Shown here in pieces: positions 58,501 through 64,000 of a DNA stretch of 64,000 bases. How positions within the stretch are numbered: the first letter of the stretch is position 1; each line of letters begins with the position of its first letter. The DNA is taken from contig MEDY01000101.1 in the NCBI GenBank assembly GCA_001724265.1, positions 1 through 64,000 on the forward strand, in the 5' to 3' direction. Below the pieces are notes generated by a model. It was given only the letters and a program-made list of their open reading frames with translations, did no database searches and had not been told where the DNA came from. The stretch comes from Rhizaria sp. SCN 62-66 (taxonomy: Eukaryota). A program made the position numbers and the translations under genes.

Positions 58501-61500
58501 AGTGATGCAAGCAGCGGTGCGGCTGTGTGGCGGCTGCTCAAGGCGAGCACACGTGTTGCGAAGCGAGAAAGCGAGGCCTCCGTGTGCGCCAACACTGCGG
58601 ACGCCGCGGCAAGAACTTCGGGGGCATACTGCACAGCTTTAGGTGCAGCGTTTTCGCCAGAAAAGTCTTCTGCGTCTGTGTCACCGTCAGCCGCTGCCGT
58701 GACGCGCTGGCTCTCAGAGAGGATCGCGCTCGCGCACAGTCGCATCAGCAAGCCATCCGCAGCGGCCGTTCCAGGGTGATGCACTGCTGCAGACAACGCC
58801 ACAACCGCAAGCGGCGCAAGGATGCGCAGACGGCGGAGTGATACAGATGCGATGAACGCATCTGTCTCGCTTTGCATAGCACTGCTATTTATATCCGCAC
58901 TGTTTGTTGTTGTGGACACAATAAGGTCCAGACCAAGACCGGGACCCGCACGCCGTGCGAGCGCAAACGCAGATGTCAGCCGTTGCTGAGCCGTTGGGCC
59001 CGTGTGGTCGCAATCGTCGCACCTATTGACGTCCGAAAGATCAAGTGTTACAGAGCCACCAACAGCGGCCACTAGGGCAGCATTGAAATCTGTCCACGCC
59101 TCGCTCAAGGTGATGTCGGTCCTTGCAGGTGTGCCAAAGCTATCATGTTTTGGAGCAATGTTAGCGCGTAAGAAGGCAAGATACGCAGTCTCAACTGCGG
59201 ACCAGACAGTGAGCGCCAGAGGCGCGTGCGCGGTCGGCGCAAACGACATTTGCGGCATCATTAAATGTCGACGCGCGCGCGCACTCGGCGACTGAGAGCG
59301 CGCTAACAGCCGTGCAGACTGCGACGCAGAAGCAAGCGCAGCGTACAACAGGAACGCACCAACGGGGCCCGGCGTAGCTATGTTCGCTACGGGGCTGAGC
59401 CATGCAGTCGCCGCAAACGCAGCGGCACGGGCTGCGCGCTCCCAAAGAGGCAACGGTAGCGGGGTCAGTGTGGGGCGGGCAGTGGGTGGCAGCGCGAGCC
59501 GTAAATCTGCGTCTGTAGAAACAAAAGCTGATCGAATTGCACTCTGGAGTTGTTGTCCAGAAGCAAGTGGAGAAGGGACAGGGCGAGGAGCAGATGCACC
59601 ACTGTCCGTGGCAGTCGTCGTCGTCGTCAGCGCAGGGCCTGCAGTCAACGATGATGACGGGGCGGCCGTGACTGTCACAACCATGCTTCCGCGGTTAGAA
59701 TTTGGAGCAGTACCGGCCACGTAGCTTGTCAGCACAGTGCTGAGGCGGTTCGACGACGCAGCGATAACTGCAACGTCTTCACTATCGTCGGCAGGTGGGA
59801 GAGCAGGAGTGCCAGTCTGAGCCAGGCGCATGCGCGGAGAGCGCACAGGAGAAGGCAGGAAACCTGTCGGTGACAAGGGGCGCCGCATAAAGGACACGTC
59901 AGCAGCAGCGGGCGCGTCAGCAGTGCTGTTGTCGTGCTCGGCGAGCGCAGCAAGGCGGTTTTGCTGCTGCTGAGGAGAGCCTCCAGCGGCGGCGCGCGCA
60001 GTCGGAGTTGGCGCGAACCCTGCCAGGGACACTGGACCGTCACGGCGCTGCGGCCTCAACGCGCCCGACGCCGCTGCTGTTGCGCCAGCATCTGAGGAAG
60101 CCGAAGCTGACGCGTACGTGACGGTGGGCACTGTGTGCCGCGAGCGGAACAGCGTCTTAGAACGGGTGCCGTGCGCGTGCTCCGTTGCGAGAACGGACTG
60201 CAAAGAGTCCCAGAACTCATGTACAGCAGCCCTCGCCGACGCAGCGTCATCATGCTTGGCAGCGGTCTCCAAAGAGTCGGTCAGTAGTTCCCACGCAACA
60301 AGCAGCGAACTGTCACCGGTCAGCGCCAGACTCTGCAGCAGTGTAACAGCTCCGGGAGAGAGGGTTGGCGAGGGTGCGGGCCGACACCAGCGCAACAGCT
60401 GCAACGTCGTATCGTCGTTACGGCAATTGACAGCTGTTGCAGAAAGCTGTGCAATGTGATCACATAGCGCGGCGATGGGAGCAGAGACAGAGGCGCGCCA
60501 AGTAGTCGCAACACTCGATACTTCGTCAGCAAGCTTAGCCATAGCCTCATGGAGAACAGATGACTCTTCGTTTGCGGGCGTCAACATCGTCGGTAAGTGA
60601 GCATCAGCCAGCAGCATCAGCGCGGGAGCTGCGTTTTCCAGAGAATGTGACGTCAGCGCACCAGCAGCACCAACAGTCAGAGCAACTAAATCTTCAAAAG
60701 GAAGAGCTGCATCAGCAGGCAGAGCGTGTGCTAGCACCGCGGTGCATGCAGTTGCAGCCGATAAGAGTCGCTGCAGCAACTCCGCGCGCGTGTGTGGTGG
60801 AAGAGGAAGACCGGCTGCAGCAGTGCGGATTGCTGCACCTGCGATGTTAGTCGCTGGAATCGAGGGGCTAGGAATCAGACGAAGCGAGAGTAAGTGCGCA
60901 AAAAGCGCATCCGGAACGGAAATACGACCAGCGGAGAGAAGTGCAACCACTGCATGGGTAAGCAGCGGGCTCAAGACATAGGCAGCCGTTGTATCCGAGG
61001 GCAGGGTCAGCAGAGCAACAGCACTGGCCAACGGCGGTTGTGATGCGATATCAGCTGTGACTTCGTTGTAAAGGGACGGCAGTGAGGCATTCAACAAACG
61101 TCCATCTGTGCCGTTATCAGTTGCAATATGTGATCCAGCTGACAGAGACACAGGCAGTGTCAACGCGTGACCGCGCATGGCCTTGGCGAGCACTGCGCAC
61201 GTCGTAAGCGGATCTCGATAAGCAGCTAACTCTAAAGCAAACGTCTCGGCATCAGTTACAACCTCATTATCGCGCAAAAACGCAACAAACTGTGCGGCTC
61301 CCACACGGGGGCACGTGGCGGCAGCCCCCGCAGCAACGGCTGAGGGCATCGGCGTCAGGCGCCAAAGTGCAGCGAGGCGTGTCAGCTCTGCCGTAAGAGC
61401 CTCACAGCAAAGAGATGCTGCAGAGGCCACCGATGAGAGCGCGCGGACTGGAACACTGCGCGTGGTTGCTGACGTTTGAGTTGTGTAGCAGGCGGCGAGG

Positions 61501-64000
61501 CCCAATGGAGCAGAACGCGTGGCACGAGAGCGAATTGCGTTCGAGTCCGCACTGGAGTCGTTGCTACCACGCGCACAAACCGCACTGGCCACCATGCTCA
61601 CTAGACCAGACTTATGATCATTATATTCGCAGTCAAGATAAAGTTCAGAGGGCAGATTTGCGAGGCAAGTACTCACAGCAGCAACAAGTTCACTGTTACG
61701 TGTCATGGCGAGCGTGGTGAGATGCAAAGCATCAGCGGCGGGTAACGTCAGTCCACTCAACGCATGTGCAACAGTAGCTGGCAGAGCTGCAATGTTGTCA
61801 TTAGATAGAACAATCGCAGACGCCTGAGACGTAGCAGCAGCAACCACAAGGTCAACACTCGCGATTGTGTTCGCAGAAGTCGCCGCACTTGGAATGATCA
61901 GCTCGCCGAGGAAGAATGCGCGCATCGAGGTATGGATCAGTGATGTAACTGACTCTGCTGTCGACAGGACGACTGCGCGTGCGTCCACTGTCACAACATC
62001 AGGCAATACTGCGTTGTATGCAGTTGGCGACAACAGCCAAATCGGATGGAACCAAGGAGCAGCAACGTCCTCGCCCACCGCGCGCGCAACCGCGCTGTAG
62101 CCCCACGCAAGCGCTGCTAAGACACCAAGGGCTAACCTTGCGTCCCGTGCGCACGCTTCGTTGCGCGGGATCGGCGAGCCAGTCGTATGTGGCAGCGCGA
62201 TGAGAGCGCGAAGCAGAGCGGCCTCGGTGGCGGAGTGTTCGCTCGACAGCATGTGGCCCGTGATGTGCAGCACACGCAGCGACTCGAGCGCCCACACTGC
62301 AACCACACTGGGTGCCGGTACCACCAAGGGGCAAGACCGTGGTGGCATCGTCGGTGACGCCCATCCATCGAGCACTGCAAATGCAGTAGATGAGCCACTC
62401 TGACTGTTGTTAGCGCTGAAAGCGGCCAGCGCGGGCACCGCAGTGGCCCAAGACGGTGGACACAGCAATGCGAGCGACGTAGGGTGCCTCCAGAGGCTTG
62501 AAGCGGCTGAGACAGCGACGCAGAACTCAACAAGATCATGCTGACGCTTCGCTAAGATGTCGGCCGAGCACGGCGGTGAGTGAACAATCGCAAGAAAAGC
62601 GCCAGCGGTTCCTGTAGCGCCAGGCGAGAGTGTGGCAACGCGCGGTGCCCACGCAGTAGCGATTGCTGCGACCGCAGAGTGCAGCGCAGGAGAAACATTC
62701 AAATCCGGGGCGCGAGCGGCAAGCGACGACATGATGAGCGCACAGTCAGCGGCGGTGTCCGCAACAGAGGCAGTCGCGCACTTCGATGTGTAGTGCGCGC
62801 AGGAAAGTGGGTCAGCGCATGTCAGAATATGAGATGCCTCAGCAAATATTAGTGCAGCAGAGCGCGCAATCGCCGCCGCTTCTGCTGCTGGGCCAGCGCG
62901 CGCAGCCTCGGAGAGGTGATCAGCACGACAAGCGGCGAATATGGTCGATGGTTCATGTCCAGAGTGCACAGGAACTGCACGAAGTGCTGTTGTTAAGAAC
63001 AACGCATCTGCTTGCTTAATGACGCCATGTGAAACCAAAACGGCACACAACTGAACAAGAGAGCGCGACTGGGGATCCGTCAAAGAGCAATCAGTGTCTG
63101 TAGCAGAGAAAACAACGCTAGCACTGACAGCAGACGCAGACGAGGAACTCATACTACTATTCGCGGAGCTACTCATCGACAGCCCGTCTGAGTTCAAGGC
63201 CGCAAAAGGCCAGCCAGCCTCGCGCCGCCGCTGTTGCAGCGCATTATCGTCAGCCTCTGTGATCTGCTTGCTGTCGCCGCGCCATTGAGCCACAGGCGCA
63301 CTAGCCCACAGCGTACCTGCAGCTTTGGTCGCTCGGGGGTACTCGGAGCCAAACAGCGCCGCAGTGCCAGCAGCAGACGCCACGCAGTGCAGCGCAGTGT
63401 CCCAGAATCTGTCGGCTGCGGCAGTGAGCGGCTCAGTGACTGCAGAGGATGACGCAGAATGCTCGAACGTAGCCCAGGCAGTGCGCAGTGCCACATCGCC
63501 AGAAAGCGCGAGGAGCTCAAGTGTCTCGACCTCCGAGCGTGAAAGCACGGGCACGCCGCGCACGCCAGCACAGAGACCGGCGCCGAGTTGCAATGCCGCA
63601 GCGGACGCAGCAAGAGAGCGGGGACGCATTACCTCAGACGCAGTGGGCACGACTGAGGCTGCAACGTTGGCGACAGCGGTGGAAGTGCGAGACGGCCAGC
63701 AGCAAACGACGTCAGCACTTTGCGCGGCAGCGTGATGCAAAAAGCGCAGCAGCCGTTGAGTTTCCGCAGCGACGTTCTTCGACGTAGTCCCAAAAATTAA
63801 ACCACCAGTGTTTGTGCTCGTGTTGGGGTTGCAAACGTCATCGGTACGCCAACGCGCGCCGAGCGCTGTCAAAGCCCGCTCAAATGCAGCCGCATCTCCG
63901 GTTGCGTCAAAGGCTTCGCACGCGGACATGAGCACAGGATCACGACCCCGCAGCGCGAGAAGCGGCGTGCCTTGTGCCGTGAGAGCGCCGAGTGCAGTCA
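52524..64000 (-). CDS. Giant protein (more than 3820 aa, 5' end beyond the window) with dispersed degenerate helical repeats; function unknown
   Basis: An uninterrupted 11.4 kb minus-strand frame stays open to the window edge (...TALGALTAQGTPLLALRGRDPVLMSACEAF...), although the sequence here is less GC-rich and would otherwise give frequent stops. The stop is TAA at 52524-52526. Confidence 0.85.
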   Translation of the reverse strand, partial: TALGALTAQGTPLLALRGRDPVLMSACEAFDATGDAAAFERALTALGARWRTDDVCNPNTSTNTGGLIFGTTSKNVAAETQRLLRFLHHAAAQSADVVCCWPSRTSTAVANVAASVVPTASEVMRPRSLAASAAALQLGAGLCAGVRGVPVLSRSEVETLELLALSGDVALRTAWATFEHSASSSAVTEPLTAAADRFWDTALHCVASAAGTAALFGSEYPRATKAAGTLWASAPVAQWRGDSKQITEADDNALQQRRREAGWPFAALNSDGLSMSSSANSSMSSSSASAVSASVVFSATDTDCSLTDPQSRSLVQLCAVLVSHGVIKQADALFLTTALRAVPVHSGHEPSTIFAACRADHLSEAARAGPAAEAAAIARSAALIFAEASHILTCADPLSCAHYTSKCATASVADTAADCALIMSSLAARAPDLNVSPALHSAVAAIATAWAPRVATLSPGATGTAGAFLAIVHSPPCSADILAKRQHDLVEFCVAVSAASSLWRHPTSLALLCPPSWATAVPALAAFSANNSQSGSSTAFAVLDGWASPTMPPRSCPLVVPAPSVVAVWALESLRVLHITGHMLSSEHSATEAALLRALIALPHTTGSPIPRNEACARDARLALGVLAALAWGYSAVARAVGEDVAAPWFHPIWLLSPTAYNAVLPDVVTVDARAVVLSTAESVTSLIHTSMRAFFLGELIIPSAATSANTIASVDLVVAAATSQASAIVLSNDNIAALPATVAHALSGLTLPAADALHLTTLAMTRNSELVAAVSTCLANLPSELYLDCEYNDHKSGLVSMVASAVCARGSNDSSADSNAIRSRATRSAPLGLAACYTTQTSATTRSVPVRALSSVASAASLCCEALTAELTRLAALWRLTPMPSAVAAGAAATCPRVGAAQFVAFLRDNEVVTDAETFALELAAYRDPLTTCAVLAKAMRGHALTLPVSLSAGSHIATDNGTDGRLLNASLPSLYNEVTADIASQPPLASAVALLTLPSDTTAAYVLSPLLTHAVVALLSAGRISVPDALFAHLLSLRLIPSPSIPATNIAGAAIRTAAAGLPLPPHTRAELLQRLLSAATACTAVLAHALPADAALPFEDLVALTVGAAGALTSHSLENAAPALMLLADAHLPTMLTPANEESSVLHEAMAKLADEVSSVATTWRASVSAPIAALCDHIAQLSATAVNCRNDDTTLQLLRWCRPAPSPTLSPGAVTLLQSLALTGDSSLLVAWELLTDSLETAAKHDDAASARAAVHEFWDSLQSVLATEHAHGTRSKTLFRSRHTVPTVTYASASASSDAGATAAASGALRPQRRDGPVSLAGFAPTPTARAAAGGSPQQQQNRLAALAEHDNSTADAPAAADVSFMRRPLSPTGFLPSPVRSPRMRLAQTGTPALPPADDSEDVAVIAASSNRLSTVLTSYVAGTAPNSNRGSMVVTVTAAPSSSLTAGPALTTTTTATDSGASAPRPVPSPLASGQQLQSAIRSAFVSTDADLRLALPPTARPTLTPLPLPLWERAARAAAFAATAWLSPVANIATPGPVGAFLLYAALASASQSARLLARSQSPSARARRHLMMPQMSFAPTAHAPLALTVWSAVETAYLAFLRANIAPKHDSFGTPARTDITLSEAWTDFNAALVAAVGGSVTLDLSDVNRCDDCDHTGPTAQQRLTSAFALARRAGPGLGLDLIVSTTTNSADINSSAMQSETDAFIASVSLRRLRILAPLAVVALSAAVHHPGTAAADGLLMRLCASAILSESQRVTAAADGDTDAEDFSGENAAPKAVQYAPEVLAAASAVLAHTEASLSRFATRVLALSSRHTAAPLLASLAGASDYLSARANGTTISSVAVPSPLSTLVLALDASAAALGYIPLHRQRNSSAATPAFSCLALSQQSLTALARAWRPHEDSTLVALLQREGRLWRAQRTRAVSGPVAGVFALGEVYHFACHVAPALIPGAFTLHAAEREPLELLLCDGDAAVSAIWLDLMAAVAATGVAYHDAISVPASVLFESGVITELVAVSLQGVQTAAATALLARVREGDPRGDRERFAILHWILHGAFPASAHSQSHSHAGAMCVDIDSEMVCATHRTLPFASLSADRFVARCHPSLASLTAAELLYLRRALAVAVSDSIAAGDAACGPRAQSALTGALLDGAATETSPLPGASPSSSLAVTTLSPEASITSPSPDSGNSNSHTASAAAELIGGVHRSVLRATACAMFAAVDIAFPRGFASLRRAAITASSATAAAAMITAESPQCGCAASALAVALPSDLTDSLTHCARSWRRRLAPPLRRLVSVFSAYAQRGILSARAAAALEARVLLDDAALVQAFAAYEEGLTRAQNMSRHYSFGLADNTTRSSARALHALALTELLDTLARVAQRRLGDVDNVLLEPCACGPPRPVLSINALPSPSSQTQSHVHSQSQTQSGPPTQPHTQSQSFTNAHLPAHSQSHTAHGMSNSSSGELPPRVPLSGAPTRTHTNTGMTQIQPLTPVVGVAGESDLPNSVSMARLFPPPRAVNAGKANGPASAPAAASAAAAWGRAGSAALPGAIPSGPAAVGPPSSPAPGLSAVEAQHGLHSATLPAIAVASNDANVQSCDTNIDGAVRNMNAAVNAVSANDRELMRSAAWVAAVSTAKATVACTLETEEASLCRLLFALHSSRGLSSLELAHVLAVFASDARDGSGSLQRLWWADAPHAAAVASAASVALHAAVVAFRSAHSDAEGCGDPLRAQDLVSRATLDLYNSLTSVAVRSWPRLTVQERMCAHLAANWSFCGLLRCERDALLQAVLAPVSAAVPAAVRTLSQAAMESWSVYTRDKAALEAEVSHVRHNIATTASTAQAAGDIATLQALAAADAELAADSVHAAHAILSALWQRFAVAADAAVATALARPLAAAALTVLRSVRSAVAAYEARVAMRARRRVAAAAQSSGMNAIHLAAAASHQILSAPATNAVPGFVAASELGWGSLSPTVSSFSVAATDAHTGHLLPAAAVNPGSGSTDGDDDCNSGSSSRAALVQAGTLRPVSSLCALTTAPVAGRMSTVFSGVIPQRSRATSSDAGRGHIAAALALATAAMSSAADGNGPLVRSSLTVPMSRGDAAPSPSGVAATELEIEEVDADCIVAPFAASAQSRAPQRTRTQTEASTAASNSRRPAVPSAAIPGSASQTESPVDRDADMNANDANASDVGDNTPQRAAAVATEGSNEVSMSDSAAFFARGRNAITLNVVTDITAGSAAAVGVGSVLTAPSPSFAASTPPLPLTVSDLDDLIALLTAVFSTSVADSPFIAWNGDLAVLLAAFAEALAPETSPIATAADVAARGTLVLSALASASGVRNTSSGSATAASGTPSGISGARALSSQQQSAIQQQGKDATVSVQSPVDVVTPGLHSVSGTMPPLSVSRSAQIPTALASATATALSNALTPLNDATGYDWTDSAALARYSPLGDNTNASDSDGTANAASVTPTVVGTSASATNNNAARYSVSSVGGASVPGMDTASGFGTNGSSNGALSIAAARALLPRFDMRALSQATLAQQAAAAAFDVFSRSGLLWPHYIRSSTGSNNTSNKNNTRDDASSLTSWFASVLVSHTARCAVELLLPSFSMYDTAPTSTDETPTGAALARPAAYTATSSTNDNASNGNGAAGGATPRHQYSMQMQYQAGSATGHAVGNHSAQTGDNADAMSDACSSVWDSATGSVLWTPSQNQTAAAQRGGANNPHSNGHSGAGTGLPSGVVGVSDSQLQLQLMLAESDRATSVTGSVAAGPATGSGAIGAVARTDCATPRLPLLPTPQVAVPSKVVELMDTIVALAHARRRRGPQ

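Noticed and set aside
1-64000. Alternative genetic code, tRNA/rRNA genes, transposons, viral insertions and CRISPR arrays
   Set aside because: Conserved genes translate cleanly with the standard code and use all three stops. I saw no transposase, reverse transcriptase, integrase or capsid motifs, no terminal repeats, no repeat-spacer arrays and no cloverleaf or rRNA signatures. Small ncRNAs could be missed without covariance-model searches.

Overview
This window is nuclear DNA from a microbial eukaryote. It has very GC-rich coding regions, AT-richer intergenic spacers and short GT-AG spliceosomal introns, and it uses the standard genetic code (TAA, TAG and TGA all act as stops). A kinesin-9 gene suggests a flagellated organism. 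I can build 13 protein-coding genes. Recognisable ones are cyclophilin H-like PPIase, DPH1, kinesin-9 (KIF9/KIF6-like), SDH4/SDHD, a PARL-type rhomboid protease, a Med22-like Mediator subunit, an OAC1/SLC25A35-like mitochondrial carrier, a TBC1D13-like Rab-GAP and a long-chain acyl-CoA synthetase. The others are a truncated secreted Cys-motif protein and three giant Ala/Gly/Ser-rich orphans: about 5720 aa with a SEL1-like repeat, about 2869 aa with a predicted mitochondrial presequence, and more than 3800 aa with a dispersed helical repeat and different codon usage. The most striking window-wide pattern is that all 10 introns I could reconstruct start with GTACG (+4 C) rather than GTRAG. I recognised no rRNA, tRNA, CRISPR array or mobile element. 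All family assignments come from motif recognition by eye, with no database searches.
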